Origin: Pseudomonadota bacterium
GTDB taxonomy: Bacteria; Bdellovibrionota_B; Oligoflexia; Oligoflexales; CAIYRB01
Direction: 5' to 3'
Length of the DNA stretch: 18,846 bases
NCBI GenBank assembly: GCA_031416315.1
Contig: JANOTL010000076.1
Span: 1 to 18,846 of the forward strand
Shown here: piece by piece, positions 1 to 9,667 of the stretch
How positions within the stretch are numbered: position 1 is the stretch's first letter
Layout: every line of letters starts with the position of its first letter
Position numbers and translations under genes: made by a program
Notes under the pieces: generated by a model
Databases searched by the model: none
Told to the model about the DNA's origin: nothing
Seen by the model: the letters and a program-made list of their open reading frames with translations, nothing else

Positions 1-162
1 GGCTTCACAAAGAAGTACAACGTCCACCGACTCGTGTACTTCGAACGCCTCCCGGACATGGACGCCGCGCGACGACGCGAACGTCAGCTCAAGGGTTTGA
101 GCCGGGCTAAGAAGGAGGCGCTCATCAGCGCCGCCAATCCTGATCGACGGGAGCTGTCATGA
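1..162 (+). CDS. GIY-YIG nuclease family protein (UPF0213/YhbQ-like), 3' part; 5' end outside window
   Basis: Not in the ORF track. Frame 1 reads GFTKKYNVHRLVYFERLPDMDAARRRERQLKGLSRAKKEALISAANPDRRELS*, matching the C-terminal half of small stand-alone GIY-YIG proteins (FTxKY...LVYxE...AxxRExQLK...RxKKxxLI...NP). TGA at 160-162. Confidence 0.9.
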   Translation, partial: GFTKKYNVHRLVYFERLPDMDAARRRERQLKGLSRAKKEALISAANPDRRELS

Positions 163-197
163 TGGTGCCGGGAAGCGGCGGCGCAGGTGTAATCGCC

Positions 198-225
198 GAG
201 ATCCCTCGCTCCGCTCGGGATAGAC
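198..225. repeat. REP-like imperfect palindrome
   Basis: gagATCCCtcgctccgctcGGGATagac. The reverse complement GTC(T)ATCCCGAGCGGAGCGAGGGATCTC resembles, from memory, the GTCATCCCGAGC..AGCGAGGGATCT type of extragenic repeats often seen beside small GIY-YIG genes. Only one copy in the window. Confidence 0.55.
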
Positions 226-252
226 CCTGGCGCTTTCGCGCCAGGGTCTATC
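219..252. repeat. Perfect 15-bp inverted repeat (hairpin) with 4-nt loop
   Basis: gatagaccctggcgc (219-233) - tttc - gcgccagggtctatc (238-252). The loop reads GAAA on the minus strand. No U-tract on either strand. Confidence 0.9.
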
Positions 253-329
253 TAGCCCGCGTCTTCGTTGAATTGCCGCAGGCAACGATGCTATACCCCT
301 ACTCAGTCTTAAGCGGGGAACGGAGCGTC

Positions 330-827
330 ATGAACAAGAACATGGAAGAGCAGCCAGACAATGAAAGCGCGCGCGAAGGCGACGAGCGCACTTGGGTCGC
401 CAGCGGGTTCACGGCCCGAGTCATCAAGAGTGAGGATGACGAGGGTTGGGCCGTGACGATGACGCGAGACGGCGACTCCGAGTCGGTCCTCACCAGTCCG
501 TGGGTCATGGGGCGCGACAAGAAGAACCCCAAGCCGCTGAATTATGCCGATTTCAAGACGCTGCTGAAGGGCGCGCTGGACATCATCACACGCCACGAGG
601 CGCACGCCCACGCTCAGCGTCACCGCAGCGTGCAGGTCGTCGACGCGGAAGGCGCTTCGGTCCGCATTGATCTCGACGTCGCGACCGACGAGGAAGACCC
701 GCACGCGATGCTCACGGCATGGGGGCCCGTCGGCGAGAAGTTGGCCGAGCGGCGGGTTGCACCAGATTTCAAGCTCAGCAGCACGAGCGCGGGCCAGTGG
801 GTCGCCCACGGTTTCGGCGGCGTCTGA
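330..827 (+). CDS. Conserved hypothetical protein (165 aa)
   Basis: ATG at 330 preceded by GGAG (322-325); GC3-rich codons; globular-looking sequence containing PWVMGRDKKNPKPL. The track's 159 start runs through the REP/hairpin and is unlikely. Confidence 0.75.
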   Translation: MNKNMEEQPDNESAREGDERTWVASGFTARVIKSEDDEGWAVTMTRDGDSESVLTSPWVMGRDKKNPKPLNYADFKTLLKGALDIITRHEAHAHAQRHRSVQVVDAEGASVRIDLDVATDEEDPHAMLTAWGPVGEKLAERRVAPDFKLSSTSAGQWVAHGFGGV

Positions 828-1135
828 CGGCAACGGCAGGGCGGGCCGGAACGTTTCTGGGTCGTGGAATGCATAGCTCCGCCTCCCCCCCCACCACACA
901 CACAAACTCGCCCGAAATCACCTCGAAGTTCCCGAACTCGCCCGCAAGCGCGAACCCAGACTTCGCAGCTTTTTCCGCGGGTTCCACACCGTGCTTTAAG
1001 GCGCCGTAAATCTTTCTGGCTAACGCGACGATAAGCTTAGCTGACGAGTCGATGGTCGATCGCGCGATCTCGAGCCAATGTGGAGGCAAGAACCATTCGC
1101 GACCAAACGTTTAGCAGAGAAGGGCAACCCGAAAG

Positions 1136-1477
1136 ATGGTCAAGTTCCTGTTCTTTTTTTTGGCTCTCTGCGCCTGCGTTCCCTGGAAAACCAACGCCCC
1201 CAATGCCGCTGCGTCTGAGCCTGGAGCGATGACGGAAGCGCTCGACGTCCTCTACACGCAGGCGAAGCCGGGCGAAGCAGTCTACTTATTCACGCGCATT
1301 CTCGTAGCGAACCCAAAGCATTATGGCGCACGATTTCAGCTGGCCGTGGCCTTGGAGCGAAGCGGCGACCGCTACGCAGCGAAAGCCGAATGGGCGAGGG
1401 TCCGCGCCGCCGCGGAGGCGATCCACGATCTGCCGACGGCAATCACTGCCCAACAGCATCTCGAGCTCGCTCATTGA
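1136..1477 (+). CDS. Small putative lipoprotein with one TPR-like helical pair (113 aa)
   Basis: Hydrophobic N-terminus with lipobox-like LCAC; segment AVYLFTRILVANPKHYGARFQLAVALERSGDRYAAKAEW has TPR spacing (NP, A..LA..L...G...A...W). Confidence 0.65.
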   Translation: MVKFLFFFLALCACVPWKTNAPNAAASEPGAMTEALDVLYTQAKPGEAVYLFTRILVANPKHYGARFQLAVALERSGDRYAAKAEWARVRAAAEAIHDLPTAITAQQHLELAH

Positions 1478-1481
1478 GAAC

Positions 1482-3191
1482 TTAACGGTCGGCTGGCCGC
1501 GTCGCCTTGCGGCGATAGGCCCTGACCTCTACCGGTCGCCGGTACAAATCTAGATAACTCGTTCGCGCGACGATCTGGGACTCGTCAAGGCTAGGTTGCG
1601 GGTACTCGGTGATCAGGTACTCGGCCCGTTGGCTTTCGGCCGCCAAGAAGGCTCCGCCGAAATCGAAGAGATTGGGTCGAAGCGCGAAGTCAATCGAGCG
1701 AATGTAGCGGTCGAACGCCCCGTGATAGGAAGCCCACGCCCAAATCGATGCCACGTTTTCCGGGCCTGTCCCACTTTCATTCCGAACCTGATCGGAAAGC
1801 GTCCAATGAGCGTGCGCCTGACCAATGGAGGCGCCGACCCCGGCCGATGCCACCAGGCCAATGATCATCGCGGAGGCAAGGATCGGAGCGAGCACGCGTT
1901 CTCCGCGGCTCTTGATCGCGCGCGCGAGGATGATGAGGCCGCACGGGAAAAGAGCGATCAAATACTGGTCGCCGAACTGAAAGAAGAGGAGCTGAAAACC
2001 GAGCAGCAGGCCCGAGACCCACAGTAGCAACGCCATGGATCGAGGTGGCGCGACAGGACGATCGTCGGTCGGGTATAAGCCCGGCGCCAGGAGGAGCTTC
2101 AAGAGGATGATTGCCCCCGCGCCGGTGGCGAGCGTCAAGGCTACGCGAGTATACGTTCCAAACTCGAAGAGAAAATAAAGGTTCCAGCGCAGAGACGGGA
2201 AGAGCAGCGAGCTCTGTCCGACTTTGTCGTAATATTGAATTGATGGCGAGGCGGACCCGAGCAAAGAGGCGCTGACGAAAAGAGCGGTCGCGATCCCGAG
2301 CTTGAAGAGCTCCCTGGCCCTCATCGAACGGTCGTGCCGCTTCCGAAAGAGCTCTCGCGCGCTCTCGAAAACAAGGACCAAAACGAGAGGAAGCCCGCAG
2401 AACGCGGCGTACTGCAGCGTCGTGGCCGAGCGCCACAAAAAGTTCGTTGCCAGGAGGTGTGGCTCGCTGCTCAAGTAGGTCAAGAGCCGAGCGCTGGAAT
2501 AGTGCTGCGCCCAAGACGGAAAATCCCGATGCAGGCGGAAGGCGAGCGCGGCCGCCAACATCGGCAACGCCGCTCCCGCGCCGAAGAGCCGCACCCACCG
2601 ACCGCGGACGCTCAGCATCGATAAGAATAGCGCGACGACCAACAGCATCCCGTTCTGCCGGGTCAAGATGCTGAGAGCGGCGAACACCGAGCCGACGAGC
2701 ATTGGCCGGACGGTTTGCGATCTCAACCCCCGCGAATAGAAGAGCGTCGCCAGAACGACGAAGCTGAAGAACGGCATGTCGCTCAAGAAGGTGAAATTGA
2801 TGCGAAGCACGAGCGGGCAGGAATGAAAGGCGACCACCACCGCCAGGCTCTTCCACTTCTCGAGCCCCAGCTCGAGCCCTAGCTTATAGAGCCCGATCGT
2901 CCCGCAGACGGTGATGAAAAGCGAAGTGAACAGAAACACTAGGAAGTGCTCGCCGAAGAGTCTGGCGAAGAAAGCCGCCAGATAGGACTGCGCGATGATG
3001 TTCGCGGAAGACCAGTCGTCGAGATAGTAGCTTCCCGTGACCAGGAGGCGCTTCACGGTGCGGACGTACGCGAAGTCGTCCCCTGACGGCACCCAATTCA
3101 GTGGGTTGATCAGTAAGACGGCGGCGCCGGCGGCGAGAGAGCAGCAGAATGCCGCAATTTTAAGGTTCATCGCGATGGGGTACTCAAACAC
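1482..3191 (-). CDS. GT-C fold membrane glycosyltransferase (ArnT/PMT, GT39/83-like)
   Basis: More than 10 hydrophobic segments; acidic DDFAY motif after the first TM; FTFLSDMPF and LTRQNG motifs typical of this family; soluble C-terminal domain. Alternative start ATG at 3170. Confidence 0.8.
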   Translation of the reverse strand: MFEYPIAMNLKIAAFCCSLAAGAAVLLINPLNWVPSGDDFAYVRTVKRLLVTGSYYLDDWSSANIIAQSYLAAFFARLFGEHFLVFLFTSLFITVCGTIGLYKLGLELGLEKWKSLAVVVAFHSCPLVLRINFTFLSDMPFFSFVVLATLFYSRGLRSQTVRPMLVGSVFAALSILTRQNGMLLVVALFLSMLSVRGRWVRLFGAGAALPMLAAALAFRLHRDFPSWAQHYSSARLLTYLSSEPHLLATNFLWRSATTLQYAAFCGLPLVLVLVFESARELFRKRHDRSMRARELFKLGIATALFVSASLLGSASPSIQYYDKVGQSSLLFPSLRWNLYFLFEFGTYTRVALTLATGAGAIILLKLLLAPGLYPTDDRPVAPPRSMALLLWVSGLLLGFQLLFFQFGDQYLIALFPCGLIILARAIKSRGERVLAPILASAMIIGLVASAGVGASIGQAHAHWTLSDQVRNESGTGPENVASIWAWASYHGAFDRYIRSIDFALRPNLFDFGGAFLAAESQRAEYLITEYPQPSLDESQIVARTSYLDLYRRPVEVRAYRRKATRPADR

Positions 3192-3334
3192 GGAGCACGA
3201 AGCCGCTGGATCAACCGCCGGTCAAGGCGCGGATCCATATGTTCGGTCATTATAGGCCGCCTCCCGCAGAAGGACCAATCCGCGAGCTCGAAATCCGTTG
3301 TCGCGCGTCATGATCTCTGGGGGAGGGAGCTGAC

Positions 3335-3655
3335 TCATGGCATCGACGTGGACGCCAGCCGCCCAAGTATCGGAGGTTTGGACGGAACCCTCTGTCTTGT
3401 TATTTCCGTCGTACCAAGAGCGCTCCTTTGCACCGACCCGTGCGGCCCGCCGACGAAATCAAGTCGCAAGCCCTCGCCGATCTTGACGACGCTGATCCCA
3501 TCTACGGCCGTCTCCGCCCACGCCGGTAACATGCACGGCACGTAGCCGCCGCCTTCGACTGCGCTCCAAGCCAGGCCGTCGGCGGACTCGGCATAGGCTC
3601 GCGAGCCGTACATCGGTTGGTCGACCACCTGCGGAAGCTCCGAGTTACGAGACAT
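3335..3655 (-). CDS. Hypothetical protein (106 aa)
   Basis: ATG at 3655 with GAGGGG SD-like sequence just upstream; fills the gap between larger genes; no recognisable motif. Confidence 0.4.
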   Translation of the reverse strand: MSRNSELPQVVDQPMYGSRAYAESADGLAWSAVEGGGYVPCMLPAWAETAVDGISVVKIGEGLRLDFVGGPHGSVQRSALGTTEITRQRVPSKPPILGRLASTSMP

Positions 3656-3784
3656 GACCGCCCCTCAATCCTGCAGGGGTCGGCGGGATAAGCCCCCCAG
3701 CACCGAACGTTTCAACGACCGAAGGATGAACGGGAAAGGCGAATTTCGTGTACGCGATGCAGAGACTCAAGTCTTTGAATTTAC

Positions 3785-3808
3785 AATATTAACATAAATA
3801 TTCTCAAG
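3785..3808 (+). promoter_or_regulatory. Shared AT-rich upstream motif, copy 1 (Fur-box-like)
   Basis: aatattaacataaatattctcaag; 19/24 identical to 4966-4989; contains ATTCTCA, a half-site of the TGA(T/G)AATnATT(A/C)TCA Fur-type palindrome; ends 53 nt before the ATG at 3862. Confidence 0.55.
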
Positions 3809-3861
3809 ATTTCCTTGCCGTTCCCGAAAGTGAAACTGTGTACAGCAAGGGAGACCAGGCC

Positions 3862-4923
3862 ATGAAAACCATTCAAACCATCTCGCTCTCTTTAATTCTC
3901 GCGGGGCTCGCAGTCGGCTGCGGCCAGGGCACGAAGGACGAAAGCGGCGCGGAAGGCGACGACGACTCTCAAACCGTCGCATCCGTCGGCGGCTCGACCA
4001 CGACGACGACCGACGAATCGAAGCCGGAAGACTCGACGGGCGCAACCGGCAATGTCGCGCTCGGGTTCTCGTCCACCACCCAGACTGCCGGCGCGGCGCT
4101 AGCGGAAGCCGGCGTCGAGATCACCATGGCGAAGCTCAACGTCGCCATGGTGAAGCTCAAGCCGAAGAAGGAAGCGACGGCGAAAGACCAAGACATCGCG
4201 GCGCAAGAGTCCACCGAGGAAAAGGCGCAAGATGCCGCCGTCGCCGAAGCGACGGGCGAGACCGAAGCCGCCGCGCTGGCCGGCAATGACGGCGCCGCCA
4301 ACATGTCCACCGAGGACCGAACTGCGAAGCTCGCAGCCAAGAAGGACGAGCTGAAGAAGAAGGATGCCGATCGTCGCGCGAAGGAAAAGGCGCGCGATCC
4401 GGCCATCCGCTTCGGCGGCCCGTTTGTCTTCGACGCGCTCGCGGGCAAGCTCGAAGGTAGCGCCGAGAGCGCCGCGCTTCCGGACGGCAGCTATCGCCGC
4501 ATCGAGTTCAAGGTTCGCCGCACCTTCGACGTCGTCGAGAGCGACCCCTTGTTCGGGAACGCGGCCATCGTGAAGGGTACCTTCACGAAAGACGGCGCGG
4601 CCGTGCCATTCACGATCGAGATCCGCAACGCGATGAACTTCAGCCTGGCGGGCGAGAAAGCCTTGGCCATCGTACCGTCGGCCGACACGAGTCTCGGCCT
4701 GTCGTTCGACCTTACGAAATGGTTGGAAGGCGTCGACTTCAGCGTCGCAGAGATCGACACCGCGAGCGGCGAGGTGCTGATCGACGTGCAGCACAACCAG
4801 ACGTTGCTGAAGAAGGTGCGCTCGAACATGAAGACCGCCAGCCGCTTCGGCAAAGACGCGGACGGCGACGGCAAGATCGCGACTGACGAGGCCGCTGGCG
4901 AAGGTCAGGCCACGGCGGAGTAA
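3862..4923 (+). CDS. Putative lipoprotein, DUF4382-like beta domain with charged insertion and C-terminal EF-hand-like loop (353 aa); paralog A
   Basis: SD AAGGGAG then ATG 3862; signal peptide ending LAVGC; motifs FGGPFVFDAL, LPDGSYRRIEFK, FDLTKWLEGVDF; DADGDGKIATDE near the C-terminus. DUF4382 similarity is from memory. Confidence 0.85.
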   Translation: MKTIQTISLSLILAGLAVGCGQGTKDESGAEGDDDSQTVASVGGSTTTTTDESKPEDSTGATGNVALGFSSTTQTAGAALAEAGVEITMAKLNVAMVKLKPKKEATAKDQDIAAQESTEEKAQDAAVAEATGETEAAALAGNDGAANMSTEDRTAKLAAKKDELKKKDADRRAKEKARDPAIRFGGPFVFDALAGKLEGSAESAALPDGSYRRIEFKVRRTFDVVESDPLFGNAAIVKGTFTKDGAAVPFTIEIRNAMNFSLAGEKALAIVPSADTSLGLSFDLTKWLEGVDFSVAEIDTASGEVLIDVQHNQTLLKKVRSNMKTASRFGKDADGDGKIATDEAAGEGQATAE

Positions 4924-4965
4924 TCCATTACGGCTTGGCATTTCGCAAAAATGCGTTCGAGCAGG

Positions 4966-4989
4966 AATAGTTACGGAATTATTCTCAAG
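4966..4989 (+). promoter_or_regulatory. Shared AT-rich upstream motif, copy 2 (Fur-box-like)
   Basis: aatagttacggaattattctcaag; GAATnATTCTCA gives 11/14 matches to TGAGAATnATTCTCA; ends 68 nt before the ATG at 5058. Confidence 0.55.
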
Positions 4990-5057
4990 TCTCACTTCAC
5001 CGCCCCGAAACCCAACAAGCCGGCACGCCGTCGGTTGTACCCACGAAGGAGATATCC

Positions 5058-6347
<1,290 letters not shown>

Positions 6348-6378
6348 GCCGTTCCAAAATCTGAGCGACCGAAATTTG

Positions 6379-6410
6379 CGGCGCCGCGGAGCATGAGCTT
6401 CGCGGCGCCG
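6379..6410 (+). terminator. GC-rich hairpin downstream of the lipoprotein pair (possible terminator or mRNA 3' stabiliser)
   Basis: cggcgccgcggagc-atga-gcttcgcggcgccg: 14-bp stem with one G-U pair, 31 nt after the stop; no U-tract. Confidence 0.45.
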
Positions 6411-6609
6411 TCTCCGTGGTACGTCACAGGGCTGTCCACCGCCTTCAGCACCGTGTTGACACGCAACTCAAGGAATTGACAGCCCGGCCGCCCGCCCCTT
6501 TCCCGGGTTTCCCGACTATTATCCAGATATATCCGCGGGTTCACCTTCGACGGGCGCGCGGCACGAACCTTGCTGAAATAGCCTCAACCCCTCCCGGATG
6601 GAGCTATGA

Positions 6610-7953
6610 ATGTCACGGTCGTGGATGCTCTTGTTCCTGCTGGCGTTTGGGACGGCTTGCCGAGGAAATGGCGAGGCGAGCTCCGTGAAGGAGCTGGCAG
6701 CGAACCCCGCCGCCGGCAACGTGTTGCTAGCGTTCGGAGCTGCAGCGAAAGGTACCGTCATCCAGCTGAAAGGCGTAGAGCCCGACCTCAATCACATGGT
6801 CGCTACGTTCTCCGACCCCGCACTGCACTTCAAGACGTATGCGAAGGAAGGATTGACCGTTGGCGGCATCTTGAAGAAGACAGCGGACATCGCCGCGTCG
6901 ATGCATGAGGACGCGACGCTCTTTTGGTACTACTCCGGTCATGGCAATCTTGACGGCGCCTTGGCGCCCGAAGGGGCCATTTTGCCCAACGGCAAGTTTT
7001 TGAGCGCCCATCAGCTCACAGCTGAAGACATCTTGAGCTCCTTACGCTCGGCGCGGGCGAACAAGAAACCGCTGGCTCGCCTAATCGTCGTGCTCGACTC
7101 CTGCTACAGCGGTCAATGGCTTGGCGGGCAACAGGGAAGCCTATTCAAGAGTGCGTTGCAAAACAGCGCTGGTACCAATGCCGTCGCTCGCGAAATTCTG
7201 CTCGTCTCGGCGTCGACTGCATACGAAGAGGCCGCGGACGGCATCGCGGGTGGGGCGATGACGAAAAATTTTCTGAAGACCCTCATTAAGCTCAAAGGCT
7301 CGAGCACCGCAACGATCGGTTCTTTTCTGGACGCGATGGAGACCGGGCTTAAGCAAGACGCGATGGAAACCGGCCTACAGCCAGAAAGCGTGCAGACACC
7401 CCAGTGGTATGCGGCTCCGACACTGGACATCTTGAAATCACCCCTATGGATGGGCTCGGGAAGCTCCGCCGTCTCGCCGCCCGCACTGGGATCAGTCACG
7501 AACACTTCGTGCGGCCTCCAAGGTTCGATCGCTCAACGCATTGCCGACTGCGACTACAAGCGGACGCCGGTGCCAGGTTCTTCTTGGAGCATGGTAGCGC
7601 TTACGCACCTCGGAGGTCCTGCCGTTTGGCGCGACGATTCGTCAGGATTTCTCTGGGCCGACAAGGCACCCGTAAAGATGAACTACGTCCAGGCTCGCAC
7701 ATATTGCTACACGGCAACCGGGCCAGAGTTCGGCAATCTCGGGTCGCAGTATCCTTTCCGCCTGCCGGAAGCCATTCAGGTCACCTATGCGCTGGAGAAC
7801 GGTCTTGCGCTCCTGGCGCCAGAGTTCAAAGCAAACCAAGAGTGGTGGACATCCAACGAGGCGTCTGGACAGGTTTACAGTTACAACGGCTTGAAAAACC
7901 TGTTCACCCCTGGTCCTTCCAGCGACTATTTGATGACGAATTGCATTCTCTGA
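6610..7953 (+). CDS. Caspase-family (peptidase C14, metacaspase-like) lipoprotein with C-terminal DUF1566/Lcl-like domain (447 aa)
   Basis: Signal peptide ending FGTAC; catalytic dyad motifs FWYYSGHG (His codon 6940-6942) and LIVVLDSCYSG (Cys codon 7102-7104); p10-like LVSASTAYEEA..GGAMT; tail motifs VWRDDSSGFLW, MNYVQARTYC, FRLP, WWTS. Confidence 0.85.
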   Translation: MSRSWMLLFLLAFGTACRGNGEASSVKELAANPAAGNVLLAFGAAAKGTVIQLKGVEPDLNHMVATFSDPALHFKTYAKEGLTVGGILKKTADIAASMHEDATLFWYYSGHGNLDGALAPEGAILPNGKFLSAHQLTAEDILSSLRSARANKKPLARLIVVLDSCYSGQWLGGQQGSLFKSALQNSAGTNAVAREILLVSASTAYEEAADGIAGGAMTKNFLKTLIKLKGSSTATIGSFLDAMETGLKQDAMETGLQPESVQTPQWYAAPTLDILKSPLWMGSGSSAVSPPALGSVTNTSCGLQGSIAQRIADCDYKRTPVPGSSWSMVALTHLGGPAVWRDDSSGFLWADKAPVKMNYVQARTYCYTATGPEFGNLGSQYPFRLPEAIQVTYALENGLALLAPEFKANQEWWTSNEASGQVYSYNGLKNLFTPGPSSDYLMTNCIL

Positions 7954-8055
7954 CGCCTTAAGCCGCGATAGCACCGCACGACTTGTGCGCCTTTTTTCGG
8001 CGCTCCGTGCGCATCGGCGTTGACCGCGCCCCATGGTGGTTCTTATAACCACGCC

Positions 8056-8374
8056 ATGACCACGAACGTCTCCGTCTTCCAATTCGAGGATTTCCGCGAC
8101 TACCTGCTGCTCCGGCGTCCGCCGCGGCTCGGCGCTTGGGCGAAACGCCTCGGCTATCGGTCTTCGGCGCGATCGCCGAATGGCAGCACGTCGTCTTGCG
8201 CCGCGACCCGCTTTTTCCGCGAGGATCTCGACTAGATCAGCCGGCGGCTGCGCAAGAAGCTTGGCGCGCCGGCGCTCCGCGCCGCGACGGCCCCCGACGT
8301 GAAGGCCTGGCTCGTCGAGAACCACGTCGCGCTCGCCAACGACGTCGACGCTCGACTCGACCTCGGAGATCAAC
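8056..8374 (+). pseudogene. Degraded TIGR02147/DUF4423-like gene remnant
   Basis: One frame gives MTTNVSVFQFEDFRDYL...LGAWAKRLGYRS, another gives VFGAIAEWQHVVL, and the first frame resumes FREDLD*ISRRLRKKL with TAG (8233-8235) where Trp (TGG) is expected. These three blocks recall conserved blocks of that family. Confidence 0.6.
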
Positions 8375-8653
8375 GTGGCCGATTTCGCCGGCGCCAACCT
8401 CACGGGCGCGCGGCTCCGGTTCAATCGCGCGGTCTACCGCGCGTCGTTCGCCGGCGCGAATCTGACGGATGCGCGCTTCATCTGCGACAGCGTCTGTTAC
8501 AACCTCGATTTCAGCGACGCTAAGCTGGGCGGTGCCGAGCTGCCGGCGAGCATGCGCGTGGAGAGCTGGCGCGGAGCGTGCTACTCGCCAACGACGGGGC
8601 TGCCGTTCCCGGTGGAGGAAGCCGAAGGGCTTGGTTTGGTGCCGTGCCCTTGA
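8375..8653 (+). CDS. Pentapeptide-repeat protein (92 aa, probably a truncated C-terminal fragment)
   Basis: ADFAG ANLTG ARLR..ASFAG ANLTD ARF..LDFSD AKLGG A repeats, ending GACYSPTTGLPF..AEGLGLV, a typical cap. GTG start with GGAG at 8365-8368, or reached by a frameshift from upstream. Confidence 0.7.
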   Translation: MADFAGANLTGARLRFNRAVYRASFAGANLTDARFICDSVCYNLDFSDAKLGGAELPASMRVESWRGACYSPTTGLPFPVEEAEGLGLVPCP

Positions 8654-8875
8654 GGGGAAACCTCGGATTGGAAGGAGCGGCGTTGCAACCTGACGCACGG
8701 CCCAGCCTTCGTCGCTTCATGTGGGAATAGATCCTCTTTGCGAGGCCGAATGTGACGCGGCTTGCAAGAAGCTCGTGCTTCGGGTGCCGCGGTGGTATTT
8801 ACGGAAAGTCGTGCTTATTAGGTGCGACGCATGAGTCAGGAGAATGAGCAGCGTCGCTAAGACGCGGGAGGGCGG

Positions 8876-9376
8876 ATGATGGCACAGCAAGTAGGGGCGC
8901 TTTCGGGAGTACGTATTCTGTGTGTTGACGACCATCAGGATTCGCTGACTCTTCTGAATGCCATTCTCGTTCGCAACGGCGCCGTCGTCACTCAATGCCT
9001 GTCCGGTGAGGTCGCGCTTGCGACGTTGAGAAGAGACACGTTTGATCTGATTATCTCCGACCTGTCGATGCCGCCTGGGATGGATGGGTACGATCTCGCG
9101 CACGCACTTCGTAAGATGGAGGATGACGGTATGCCCGCAACTCCGGCCATAGCCCTATCTGGCGATGCCATGCGAGCGTCCGCGAAACGACGCTTCGCGG
9201 ACTTTCAGGTCTACGTCGCAAAGCCCTTTGATCGCGCCTGTTTTATCGAAGTCGCGAAACGTCTGGCGGAGGCCGATGGCGCTGCCGTCAACGCGGGATC
9301 TCTCGCACAATACGATTCTGAACAGCGCGCGGGAGTGGCTTACCGGGATACCGCAGTGACGACCCACGCGCCGTGA
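8876..9376 (+). CDS. Single-domain response regulator (CheY-like receiver)
   Basis: ILCVDD acidic pair, LIISDLSMP phospho-acceptor Asp, MDGYDL, AIALSG, VAKPF conserved Lys-Pro; SD GGGAGG upstream. Confidence 0.92.
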   Translation: MMAQQVGALSGVRILCVDDHQDSLTLLNAILVRNGAVVTQCLSGEVALATLRRDTFDLIISDLSMPPGMDGYDLAHALRKMEDDGMPATPAIALSGDAMRASAKRRFADFQVYVAKPFDRACFIEVAKRLAEADGAAVNAGSLAQYDSEQRAGVAYRDTAVTTHAP

Positions 9377-9667
9377 ACTCGAGACGCCAGCGATGACGTC
9401 GCGACTGAAATAATCCCAAGGCAGCGACGATCAATTTCACCCGCGATGCGGGGCGAGCCCCACTCAGAGATTCCCTGGCGGCGCTTCACGTTCGCAGCCC
9501 CCGGAATCATCGGCGCTCACGCCGCGCGCAAGGGCTTCGCTGCGCAATGCGCGGCAAACCTCCCCGAAGTGGCAGGCTTATTCGGTCGGCCTCAAGGTCG
9601 CAGCGCCGCGGGACGAGGACCCTTTGTGCGATTGTCGCGTCAGTTTGCGACCAGAGGCCATTTCCTG

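Noticed and set aside
159..329. N-terminal extension of the 159..827 ORF
   Set aside because: It crosses the REP-like element and hairpin; the ATG at 330 has an SD and coding-like composition begins there.
775..1110. Minus-strand ORF fragment beginning TFGREWFLPP, reminiscent of a T5orf172-type EWF motif
   Set aside because: Bounded by an upstream TAA with no good start or SD, runs into a low-complexity C/CA tract and overlaps the convergent gene; a 4-residue motif is too weak.
3656..3784. Possible riboswitch or ncRNA in the divergent intergenic region
   Set aside because: No recognisable cobalamin, c-di-GMP, TPP or SAM consensus by eye; an Infernal/Rfam scan would be needed.
6610..7953. 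Caspase as part of an anti-phage system (gasdermin, CBASS, type III CRISPR, Avs)
   Set aside because: The protein appears exported via a lipoprotein signal and no such partner genes are adjacent.
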